Below are positions 23,813 through 35,950 of a stretch of DNA of 64,000 nucleotides, piece by piece. The position numbers and the translations under genes were made by a program. Below the pieces are notes generated by a model. It did no database searches. It was not told the DNA's origin and worked only from the letters and a program-made list of their open reading frames with translations. Source of the DNA: Marsupella aquatica (Eukaryota; Plantae; Marchantiophyta); contig OZ316895.1 of assembly GCA_973895155.1 (NCBI GenBank), forward strand, positions 14,550,548 through 14,614,547, given 5' to 3'. Every line of letters begins with the position of its first letter. Positions within the stretch are counted from its first letter, which is position 1.

Positions 23813-26800
23813 ATGGCAAATTGCTGTAATACTCCACGACAAGGGGAGTCAGCTAGACGAAGAATAGCCCGAGATGAAGAGAAGAAAAGGCTCCAAAGAG
23901 AATGACAGAGGAAATGCAGAATTGCAAAACGAGATAGGTTCAAGAAAATTCAGGCAATTAGAGGGGAATCTTGCATCCAATTCTATGGAGACATGCAAAG
24001 GTCTACTTCTCGGCTAGCTGGTCATATTGCTCCACTTTTGCATGACTTGACTTGCCACAAGGGTGTTGAGTATCAACGCATGACCATGGAGAAAGTCTTG
24101 CAACATCCGGCTTTGAAGAGTGTTTTGCCAGACACTATTGTCCATTCCAAAAGGTACAAGGCAGCTTATGAAATATGTAAGAGTGTGAAACAAGGATGGC
24201 AAGGGGTAAAAGGGGCTCATTCCATTGATGATCTACGTGTAAGAAATGTCATCACCTCCATGCTTGTATCAGACTGCACACAAAACTTCAATGCTACTGG
24301 AGCTTTGATTGGTGCTAAAGCTCGAGCTTTAAGATTGGGCTATGCTAGAAGAAAATGCATCGAGGATGGATCTCTTACAGAGTGGGCTGTTGGTTCCAAG
24401 GCAAAGAGGATAGATGCTCTCTCTGCCGAGATTCAATTCTTAGTAACAGAGTGGTGGACATCTCAAACTCGGGTTAGCCCAAGATCAGACGACGTTGTAA
24501 GGCACCGTGATAACCAAAGTTCTCCATGGGTGAAACACGCTGCTCATTATCTTCTAGAAGCACAGGTAAACTTATTATTTTATTACTTGATTTTGTGGAC
24601 TGAGTCATTTCCTTCCTTCAACTTCAGTGAATGATTCATGACTGAAGGTCATTTGTTGGGTCCTTGAAATTGAATAATGTGTGCTTCATTTAAATATGTG
24701 AATCTCGTATCCTTGCTGTGAAGGTCATGAATCCTTAATTGGAATTCAATCCTGTGTCTTGAAGGTTGAGCCTATTTTCTCTAAATCCTGTATCCTTCTA
24801 AGTCGAGTCTTGTTTTCTTTGATTCCTGTCTTAAAGTACTATCTTGTATCCTGTGTCCTTTATGTAGTGTCTTGACATTTCCTTGCATCCTGTGTCCTTC
24901 AATTAGAGTCTTGCATTTTTCTTTGAATCCTGTCTCCTTATATAGGGTTGAGTCTTGTTTCCTTGAATCCTGTGTCATTAATGTACATAGAATCTTGTTT
25001 CCTTCCATCTTTTGTCCTTAAACTTGAGTCTTGCATGTTCCTTGAATCATGTGTCCTTAGGGGTTGAGTCTTGTTTCCTTAAATCCTGTGCCCTTAATGT
25101 AATGTCTTGTGTCCTTTCTTCCTGCGTCCTTACATTTGAGTCTTGTTTCCATAAATTTGAGTCTTGAATCAAGTGCCCTTTACATTCCATTTCATTGTTA
25201 TAGAGCCTATAGATTGGTATGTACTTCTGAGCTATTGTATCTAACTCCAATTATTCTAGAACATTGACCGTATGGTGATGAGGTTTTGAATAGTAAAGAA
25301 CATTGAAGAAGATTTGTTGTGCTTGCAGAACTCAACAATTCTGGCCCGTTTCATGTGCAATTGTATTTCTACACGAGGTTTATGTCAGCCAACCCTGCTG
25401 TGAAGATTGGTTACATATCATTTCACAAGTTAAAGCCATGGTTTGTAAAACGCTTGAAAACCTTTGATAGTTGTTGCTGCAAATATTGCACTGAGATTCG
25501 AGAGCTGAAAGATGGGTTGAATAATTTGCGGGTCTCAGATTTACACAAGAATTGTATGTGTGCCTGCTCACAGATATGTAGACCTGTAGACCTTGTACAA
25601 CCAGGGAATCAGAATGATTGCTTGGCAAATCTAATGGCTATAAAAGGTGTTACAGAGTTGTGGCAGTCTGTGGTTTGCCCCTCAAGGAGAATGCCATATG
25701 GCATGATCTAGCTTGTATAAAAGGTCAGTGTAGAAGCTGTGGCTTCAAGCTTCTGAAATTTTGCCCCCACGAACAAGATGAAGCAAATAGTATTGTGGTA
25801 CCTTGGCGTCGTTTTGAAGACGTTGATGCTGGTAGTACGCGAGCAGGTGATCCCAAAAAGGTTATCCGTTTAGTTCATAAGGAAACTAACCCAAGTACCT
25901 TTGTAGGATATTTGAAACCAAAGTTAGAACAATTCCTTCTACACAATTTCACTGCACGATGGCAACATCAAATGTATAAGGATTGTTTAGCCAGACAAAA
26001 GCCTGACACTCTTGTCTCAGTGATAGACTTTGCAGAGAATTATAGTTTTCAGGAACAGAATGAGATACAAACGATGCATTGGTTCAATTTTCAGATTACT
26101 ATACTTGTTCATATAACCTGGAAGCCAAACTCTGATTATGATCCGGATAATGTGAAGTCACGGAGTCATATAGCTACATATCACTACTATATATCAGATG
26201 ACAAAAAGCATGATAGTCTTTTTGTCCAACACTGTTTTGAGCTTCACTGGAATTGGTTGCAGTTAACAGATCCACCTCTACCCGTAGAGCATATTGTATT
26301 TAGCGATGGCTGTAGTGGGCAATTTAAGTGTGCTCGTGCTTGGTATCATGTAGCTAGATACCAAGAGAAGACAAAATGCCCTGAATTACCAATTGGTTGT
26401 GTAATGGGTTGGCATTTCTTTGGATCTGGGCATGGCAAGGGTACTTGGGATGGAGCAGGGGCACATTTGAAGAACTTCCTCCGATCAGAGCAAGTCAAAT
26501 CCAGCAGCCAAAAATTGCACAATGCAGCTGATGTTGTCAAGTTTTGCAATAAACACATGAGTATGCCACATGCTGCATACGAGAGGGCAAAAATGTAGAT
26601 CAGACGATATTTTCACTTGGTTGGCGTGGGAGACGTGAATCGCACGGTTGGCTGGGATTGCAAAACTGTGGATGGAAGTCGAAGCAAACACTCAATTCAA
26701 AGTGTAAGTCATGTGAATCCGACCCTTCTTCGAGTGAGAGAGTTCTCATGCTTCTGTGATTACTGTGTGGATGGAGGAGATGGGCCCTGCACTAATGCAA

Positions 26801-27315
26801 CCCATGTGAAGAAGTATGACCTAGTTACATTGGAGCCGTGCATCTCAATTGAGCGTAGTGATGAATCTGATGGTTTTGAAGATGATTATGAGCAACGAAT
26901 ATCTACTGATGGAGAGATGTTGGCCTCTACCTTAGAAGAGGGTGATCACTTTGCAGTACTTGCAGAGTCAGGTAGCGAGAACGGGGCTCAATTTTGGATA
27001 TTGTTATGTACTGAACGTGTTCACATGGTTGAAGAAGAAAGCAAAGTAGATGTGTATGGGCAGACTGTCACAAGAGGAGAACAAATAGTGGTATGCAAGT
27101 ATTATAAGCAGCAAGGTCGCAGTCCGTATTCTTATGTGCTTTGCAGTGAAGGCGAAGCTTATATTTACTCACATCTAGTTCGGGCTGTAAAATTTCCAAT
27201 GTTGCAAGCTGCACATAGACAACGAGGAAATATTACAGTGTACAAACTTGATAGCACAACTCATGCTAGGCTTGATTCAGTCATACAAGAGCATCTTGAA
27301 GATGCAGAGGAATAA
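23813..27315 (+). pseudogene. Sola2-like DDD transposase (~900 aa, two exons 23813-24565 and 25361-27315), disrupted
   Basis: Motifs VTEWWTSQTRVSP, IGYISFHKLKPWFV, CCCKYC, VIDFAENY..QNEIQTMHW, ISDDKKHD, FSDGCSGQFK, FFGSGHGKGTWDGAG, SCFCDYC; stops at 23903 and 26596, frameshift near 25680, acceptor apparently cag>caa at 25358-25360. Confidence 0.85.
24700..25185 (+). repeat. Degenerate intronic minisatellite
   Basis: Repeated gagtcttgtttcctt / atcctgtgtcctt modules inside the transposase intron. Confidence 0.8.
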
Positions 27316-30215
27316 AGAAGAACAAGTAAGGAGGTCTAGAAGGGCCCCTGATAGGGGGGCATGGTGCTGGCGGAGCTGTGCGAGCTGAGCTTGAGTTGGG
27401 TGAGCTCGTAGGGATGGTGGTTGCTGGTCACTGTGATCAGCTGACATTGTTGTTTCTTTCCGGTTCTGATTAGAATTGAGATTTCTAAAAAGTTGATGAG
27501 ACATCTGCTTCCGGATTATGAGCTTCCGGAAGCTTTTGGAACTTTCATGATTGAAAAGGGTATGTCGTGGAGAACGTGCTGATGGGCTGTGGCAGCGGAG
27601 CACAAGCTTTTGAGAGCTTGCATGGCAGTTGAGCTGAGGAGGGGTTCGGCCAGAGGTTGGGATGATTCTCAGCTTGAGCTTAGAGGGCATGAATAGGAGC
27701 AATAGGCTTTGCTCTGTCTTTGCTGAGATGTTACTTACTCTGGTTCAGCGTAGTGTTTGAGGTTGCGTCGGGTGAAGCTTGGATTGATGACCAAGTTATC
27801 AGCATTGGCTTTACGTGCTTGATTTGGGATACTGGCTTGGGAAGTTTTCAAGGGAGGGCGGAGCAGCGAGAAGGTGAAACTGGGGAGAGGCAGTCGGGAA
27901 AGTAAAGGACCTTTGGACGTTGGGTGGTGCCGACATTATTGATGAAATGGAGATTTGGGCGAAGCTATGAAGAGTTGTGAGAGCTCTGAGAGCTGCTAGT
28001 GCTCATCTGGTTGGGGAGCTTTGGAGATTGTTGGGAGAAAATGGTGTACTCGTTTTTGGTATGGATTGATTGAGCTGATTTGAGGTGCAATTGGAACCTG
28101 GATAAGGGAGCTATTGGAAGCTTCCGATCTTTTTCTACAACTTCTGAATTGCAATTGGGAAGGTTTGAGGGATCCGTGAATGATGGAGTGGGAAAGAATT
28201 GGCACCTTGTTCTCTTTTTTGGGTGCTATTTTTACACTATTTAGTGTCTTATGATCGAGAGGGAGGAGCATTTGGTAGTTTGCATCAGAGCTAGTTCTTG
28301 TTAAGATCTCGGTTAAGATTTAACCTGCTAGCTTGCAAAAGGCTTAGAAGCATTTTGACCTGGAATTAGAGAGGGATGGACGGCTATGGTTGGCAGGAAA
28401 CTTTTGCTCTATGTTTAGCAGCTCAAGTTTACTACAATTTGACTATGGAAGAGACTGGACGAGTGCGATAGTGTTTGAGGAGCCTGGGAGCTTGCAAAGG
28501 GGAGTCTATAAGGCGATGGCTTATTGAAGTTTAAGGGCGAAAGAACATTTGAGCCTTGTCACTCAAGTTTGCTTTAAGTTGTTGTTCCAGCCGTGTTGGT
28601 AATGGCGCTGACGGGAGTAAGGAGATTGCGGCTAGAAGATGGTCCACTAGTGCTTATCATTTGTTGGAAGGGAGCAGACTGGCAAGGTGCTTGCAATGTT
28701 GGATATGAAGACACTGGTCAAAAGATGGCGTTGGTTGCTGCCAGAGTGAAGAGCTGATTTTGACTTGGGCCATTCAGAAGAAAGCAATGTTGATTGCGAG
28801 GTTGATTGTATTGGTTTCGACAACACGGTAGACAAAGGAATTGGGTTGAAATTGAAATCTTTATTGTGAATGAGAGAAGTTGAGGGTTTGAGCTGGATTT
28901 GGACATTGAGACGGCGTCGCTGATGATGTTGAACTAACTGTATGGATTATTAGGGAAATTGGCTTTTGTTGCCTTAGCTGTTGTGCGCTGACGGCTAATG
29001 GCCTGAATGAGGGCTTAAAGTACCTCGTTAGTATGGATAAGAGGATTCGGCCTTCAGGGCGATCTCGGCTCTACTTTGATACTTGGTGGGGAACGGGTAG
29101 ATGACTGCGCGGCACTGAGCGAAGGGCGGAGATGTGGGATCTTGAAACTTGGGCGCGATGGCTCTTTGGTCATGGATGAGAGATGGGATGAGGAGCTTGA
29201 CAAGCCCTATGCTGCTATTGGTTATTGCCCGGGCTTTAGGGTAGAACGGATTTTTTTTCTCTGAAAACAGTTTTTGAGTGCAATGGTTTCCGTGCTCTGA
29301 AGGAGGGGATACAGCCCTACACTGACTTGCTGCTGAGGTCTATTGATGCGTGGGGAACCTGAACTGGTTGTAGGAATTTCAAAGTGGATAGAATTAGGAC
29401 TTATACTTGACCCCGGGTGACATTGTATTCTGGCCTGAGCGCAAATGTCACTAGGCTGCCTACTTATGCTTCTTAGGTTGCTTTTACTTTCCGGACTTCC
29501 ATGTCAGCTTTCGGGAATGACTTTACTTTGAATGAATGTGCATGCCCGGTTATGATTTAATGACATTCTCTCTTTCTCCTTTCTGAAGTCACAAATGCAA
29601 GTACGCTTCAAGGATAGGTGACTTTTTGGGGGGGGGGGGCGAGACTCCCAACATTGTTTGGGGGAATCCTCATTATCCGAAGACTGATCCGGTCCGAACT
29701 CGAAGTTGGAAAGCATTTTGTTGGCTAAGATTTAGTTTTTAGGGTGTAGCTCATGCAGTTGAGTAGTATGTGCAGCTGAATGAGCGTGCTTGTGATCTTG
29801 CAATGTTAGTATAGACACTTAGGTTTAATTTGTTCTCTGTTTTTTATAACTGAACTAAGACATCGAACTTGCATACAAAAATTCTTGCAAATACAGTCAT
29901 ACACGCTCGAGCTTAATTTACTCCCCGTGGATCGATACTTGCATGTATGGAATGATTCCACCCCCTCGATCACTTGTCACCCTATCTAGACAAAGCAGAA
30001 GGCCACACTCCTGATTAGGCCCTGCTTGGATCGGGCCTTAAGCATTGTATTACTTTAAAACTAACAGTGCAAAAAATAAAAATTGTGGAAGAATGTGTAG
30101 AGTCGCTCAATCTCTGTACACTTTAGTCATTCAGTTCATTCTCAAAACATAGCCATTCTCTCCAGAAACTAAGTTGAATTTTTGGGTGTCTTTTCTTCTT
30201 TATTTGATATGTGTT

Positions 30216-33200
30216 TTAGTGCCTTTTTGGACTAACTTTCAGACACATCAAGTACTTTGCGTCAAGTGCTTCACAGCAAGTGCTTATTTTTTTAACAAGT
30301 GGTGTGTATGCAGCTGATGTTGGTCGTGAAGCCAAATAGGATTGTATGCTTGACCGTTGTTGGCTGATGTCCAGGTGAGTGACCCTGTCATCAGATTGCA
30401 ATGTAGTGCAGCAGAGACACTTAAAGTTCAATTTACGCCCAGTCTTTGTAACGAATGAACTGAGATGGCCTTACCTTAGGTCTTGTTCCTCAATCAAGCC
30501 AGAAACACAACAAAAAAGGACCTGGCAGTATTGCCAAAAGCCATGGGTTCGGGCACCATTCCAAGCAACAAGGTAAAGTTCTGCGCACAATCAACTAATA
30601 GGACTTGATCCACAAATTTTATTGCAAATATAGAAATTGCTTCCCTTGCCATCAAATGTCTGGAAAGCAATTGTGCAAGCGCGCAGGTAATACAATGCTT
30701 TAAAAAACACTCAGCTATATACCTACTTAGTTGAAAGGAATCTATCACTCCTGAAATCTCTAAATAATCACGGAAAGCCACACCAAGCTATTCTCGCACT
30801 GTAAAGATATTCTATCATGAAAAGGAGTTGAAATTTTTTGGTGCCCTGGATTTCTTCTTTGGCCTACGTGTTTTAGTGACTTTCGGGACTTCCATGTCAG
30901 CTGCTTCACCGCAAGTGATCCTCTTTTCACAAGAAGGGTTTGGGGACAATGGATTTCTCTTCCTCTTTCCCCCAATAGTTCCAGATTTCTTCTCGGTCAC
31001 AAAACTCTCATGCTGTATATCTTCATTCTCCTTCAGCAAAGACCCCTTGGATTCTTGCTCTATCTTCTCAAGCTTCACAACAATGCCATTCTTGCTAATG
31101 TTCTTGTCTATTGTAACCTCTCGAGCTCTAAGGAGCGAATTATCCTCACCTTCTGTATCCAAGTCAACCGAGGATAAGAATGAAATGTGCTCATGCTTCA
31201 CGTCCCTCCCCAAAATAGGCCGAGGAGGGTAGTGCACTAATCCAGATTGAAACAATGGTTCAGAATCTGAATCACCTGACTTATCCTCCAATACAGTTTC
31301 GTTTTGAGCTCCACTAATCTCCATCTGCAGACTTGGTTTGGTATTCTGCTTCTTAACTCTTCTTGATTCTGTTTGCTCAATCTGTGGCACTATCAAGGTA
31401 TCAAACGCAATATTCAGATTAAGTGCTTGAGAGGTAGGAGGCCTCACAAAAGTTGGTACTTCACTTCTGAATTCTGCAGACTGTCTAATCTTCAATGGAC
31501 TTGTAACTTCCAACAGTGGGCTGATGTCTGGAATTGAAGATCCTTGTTTGCTCTCCAAAGAAGAGATAATTGGCTCATGCTGTCCAGCGTGGGTCATGAA
31601 GGAATATGATAAATCAGGTTGCTCATTTACACAACTATCCCACCCATGAGCCTCAATATCATCAGCAAGCATATTGAAGTGGTCGTTTTGTAGTGCAATG
31701 ATCTGCTGGTCTTGAGCTAGGACCTCCTCTTGCATAGTAGGACCTGAAAGCATTTGAAATAGAGTTAGACTCGAGATGATCTTTCAATAAGCTGTACATA
31801 ACATTTCAAACCTTTAGTATCTGAGAACAAATGATCAGATTTGCATTGATTTAGAATTAATTTCAAATAAGACATGACCAAAACTGTCAAGAAAGAGAAT
31901 TAAAAATACATACATGCTCCAGTGAGCTTGTCCATCCTCTTTCGTTCGCCTTCCTTTGCAGCATCTCCATTTTGAAGCAAAGGTCGCACTCCAACAGACA
32001 CAAGCCAGTCTTTGTGGAAATCCTTTCCACAAGAAGGAACTTTACAACGCAAAGCTTGTTTGGCATGTGAAAACATACAAATCATGTGATATGTATGTCC
32101 ACAACTGGCCACCAAAATGTCATTCAACTTAAAACCATGTCCACAAACAGGACAGTCATTGACTTCAATGAGCGGATTACAACCAGAGACATAAGATACT
32201 TCACTGTTGTAGTCAAGGCAGCTGACTACAGGTTGAGGATAAAAGCAACTTCCACCTCCCTCTTTCATCTGTGTAAACTGCTGATCAACAAGGAGAATCT
32301 GGGCCATTATATCTTGTACTTTTTGTTTCTTGGCAGCAAGTGTAGCGAGAGAAACAATGACCTTACTGCTAGCTATCTCACACTCCTTACGGCTGATGTT
32401 GAGCATGCTTAATGCAATCTCGTCACTCTTTGTGGCCCATTCTAGCTTTTGTTGGACTTCACGGATCTCAGAAGGTGCTGAAACAATGCTAGAGGAATCT
32501 ATGTTTAGCAGCGTTTGAAAATAGTCATTCTCACAAATTTCTCCATCTCTAGCAAGTCCTGGTAACTCTCCTTGAAGTCCATGTTTTGTTACCAAATGAT
32601 TCAGTTCTCTCACTAGTTCTAGTCTATGAGATTCAGAATCAAGATAGACTTTCTCTCGACCTTCTAACTGCATTTTGGACACCTGCGAAGTTGCCACATC
32701 AGTTGTGTACTGTTCTTGAGACTCTAGAACATTTTTCCTTGCCACAAGCAAAAACGTCTTCAAGGTTGTTGATAAATCACCCACTCGAGAAATTTCTTCT
32801 TCTTTCCAATCTGGAATCTCGGGTAGGCTGATCCGAGTTGGACCTCCAGAGCAGCTGATCTTCAACGGGATAACTGGCATGCTAGAATCGCCACTCTCCA
32901 ATTTCACACGTGAAGGGCGCCTTGTGCCGCGAGTACCACATTTTCCAATTGCAAGCTGCTGTCCACTTTTAGACTCTTCATGGCCTACTGTACCTTGCTC
33001 TTTTCGTTCACGATTTAATGCCTTGGTTGTCTTCAGGTCAGTTGCATACCTATGACTATGCACAGCATATTTTGCCCAATCCAAAGCTTGGCCTTTCAGC
33101 CAAGCCACCACACCTCGGGCAAAGCATTGGTTTATTGTAGAGTTCATCACTTTACTTTTTCCAGTGACTCTTCGATACAACTCCTCAATACTTGAAACCA

Positions 33201-33378
33201 CCTTTGGTTGTGGTTTCCGATCATACCTGTATCCACTCTTGGAATACATTGGTCCGAACACTGCTTCAATCTCTGCCACAGAAATATCCTCATTTGTCAA
33301 AGTTGTGATGTCCATCCCGCCTGTAGCCAAACCTCTATTCTTAACAAACCAATGGACATCTCGAATCTCCTCCCCCAT
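30216..33378 (-). pseudogene. Four-exon RING-H2 protein gene (~918 aa) convergent with the transposase
   Basis: Exons 33378-31914, 31743-30727, 30580-30475 and 30384-30216 join in phase via GT-AG sites (2757 nt); CPVC-x12-CGHTYHMIC-x10-CKVPSC preceded by a coiled-coil-like region; three in-frame stops at 30817-30788. Confidence 0.75.
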
Positions 33379-33639
33379 GTTGCCAAATTCTTAATCTGCA
33401 CATTCAATTGCAAGAACAAATCAGCTCCAGCTCATTTGCTAAACCTACAGGCCACATATATAAATTGAAGTCCATCATGCACAGAGACAGCTAGATACTA
33501 AATGACCAAAGAGTGCATCTATCATAGGGCTGATAATCTATATAATGCGCTTCACGTACACCAGTTTTCTCAGGTAAACAACAACTTAATTAAATAGCAG
33601 GGCTTGCTGACAAGCAATCATGTCAAGTAAGCGACATAC

Positions 33640-34250
33640 ATGTCTAGACTTCAGGGACTTAACAGGAAAACAGGAAAACTGGAAACAAGAGTGGACATCG
33701 ATAACAGGAATCAACAGGAAAATAAGTATACACAACTTCAAGAAAATGAACAGGAACAAGGACTCAAGGAGATTAATAGGATAAAGGAAATTTGCATGTA
33801 CACTTCAAGGAAATTAACAGGAACAAGGACTCAAGAAAGCAAGATGCCTGGACTCAAGGAAATTAACAGGATAACAGGATTATGTATAGTTCAAGGAAAT
33901 TAACAGGGAAAAAGGACTCAAGAAAGCTGACAGGATAAAAGGATTACGTACACTTCAACAAAAGTACTAGGGAAAAAGGACTGGTATGTATACATCAAGG
34001 ACATAGGACTAGACATGAAGGAAAATAACAAGGAAGGAGGAAATAGGACACGACACTTTCAAGAAAGCTGGATGACAAGGAACGGGCCAGGAAAATAGAA
34101 CGGCACTGCTTGTGGATACAGGAAAACAGTCATAACAAAATGTCAAGGATAGAGGTCCCGGTAGAATTAAGGAACATGCATGACTAGAACTCCAAGGAAC
34201 AAAGAGCATACTTAGCACGCAAGGAAAAAATAGTAACTTCAATGCACATA
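33640..34250 (-). repeat. Degenerate minisatellite upstream of (probably intronic to) the RING gene
   Basis: Repeated aaggaaattaacagg / aaggactcaag modules. Confidence 0.75.
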
Positions 34251-35519
34251 ATCAATCTTCAGAAAATGAACCAGATTTAGCTTCACAAGACACAAGATTT
34301 CAAGCTTGACCAAGCAGCAAGAGAGTCTATTCATCTACCTAGCAATCCTTAGCTTAATTAAGCACACATGACTGGACATAAAAAATGGAACAAGCTAAAA
34401 TAATGACACAGCGTACATGATTGGGATTCCAGTTCAAAGTCGTAAGTTGAAATTCTGGTGATAAACCTTCTGCTCGATCGGATGCAAGGACAAGTTTGAC
34501 TGCATGAGGGTTGATCTCAATCTATGAGCTGTATTACGATCATGGCAGAATAGAACACACACAACAGCACAAATCAGTATGCTGAGAATTGGGGTTCCTG
34601 ATCTTTGAAACTTACTAATGACATTTAATTAATTAACCTGAATCCTACCCGGCTTCCTACTTAGATAAACCAGAATCCACGATATTCAAGCTAGGCGCAC
34701 CAGATTGAGCTTCAAGGGACTACACTTAGGTTAAAGACAGAGATTTCAACCTCAGATAGGGTACACCCAAGGATACGTACACCTATCCAACAATCTTCAA
34801 CTAGTTAAATTAAACGTACATGAATGGACATTGAATAGTTGAAGCGAGAAGGGACGTACCGAGCTCAAATATAATGACACATACATGTGTCAGTTGCAAG
34901 ATGAAATTATGTTTATAAACCTTGTATAGAACTGGAATGCAATGACAACTTCAACTGCGCGCTGCATGAGCTAATTTCTACAACTTAAACCCTGGAATCA
35001 TATTAGGGTTGTCTTTGGCAACTAGCGCACCATCTCTAGGGATCTCCTCTTACCAAGAGCTATTGAATCAAGCATAGCTTTGGGCAAATTGAAGCTAGTT
35101 ATGCACCTTGTCTTTCCACTTTGTTTGCATATCAAGGATGTAAAATATGCTCACAGGACATTGCGGGCATCGAAAGATTTTAAAACTTTTAGTCACCCGT
35201 TCATTTTTGATACATCCCGCCCGTGGACCACTAGCCTTGGCGTCATCAATGTCCTGAGTAAAAGAAATACAGTCCACATAATGTTATCAGCATGGCTTCT
35301 TGATTCTATAACTGAGCAGAAAAACCTGAAATGTCTCGACAATTTAGCTAGGATTGGGAGGCGCACCTGTTGTTTCCGTATCTTTGATTGAGGACATGTG
35401 CAAGACATACTCGCAGATTGATGGAATGCTTTCAAAGTAAGGTTGAGAACTTCAATGATAGGAAGCGGGAATGTCAGAAAAACAAGGGCGCAAAGACCAA
35501 GCGGGACGGAAAATTTCAA

Positions 35520-35950
35520 AAGTAGTGGAGTGGAGCCAAGATTGAAATGCTCATAAAATCTGCCCAAGTTTCAGCGCAAAATGCAACGCTACGATGAGGT
35601 AAAGCCAAGATTGAATCAGCTGGCTCCGAAGTTCCGCCCAGATTTCAGTGCAAAAAACAACGATGTAATGAGGTTGAGCCAAGACTGATTCGACTAGCTC
35701 ATAATTTTGACCAAAATTTCAGGGCAGGCGGCAAAGCCAGCATGAGGTGGAGCCAAGAATTAATCAACTGGCTCGTAAAATCAGCCGAAATTTCAGCGCA
35801 AATGGCAAAGCAAAGATGAGGTGGAGCTAAAAATAAATCAACCAGCTCATCAAATCAGCCCAAATTTCAGCGCAAACAGCAAAGCAGAGATGAGGTGGAG
35901 CCAAGATTGAATGAGTTGGCTCATTAGTTCACCCCAAATTTAAGCGCAAG
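35520..35950. repeat. 74 bp tandem repeat, ~6 diverged copies
   Basis: atgagg recurs at 35594, 35668, 35742, 35816, 35890; consensus atgaggtggagccaagattgaatcaactggctc..aaatttcagcgcaaa. Confidence 0.9.
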
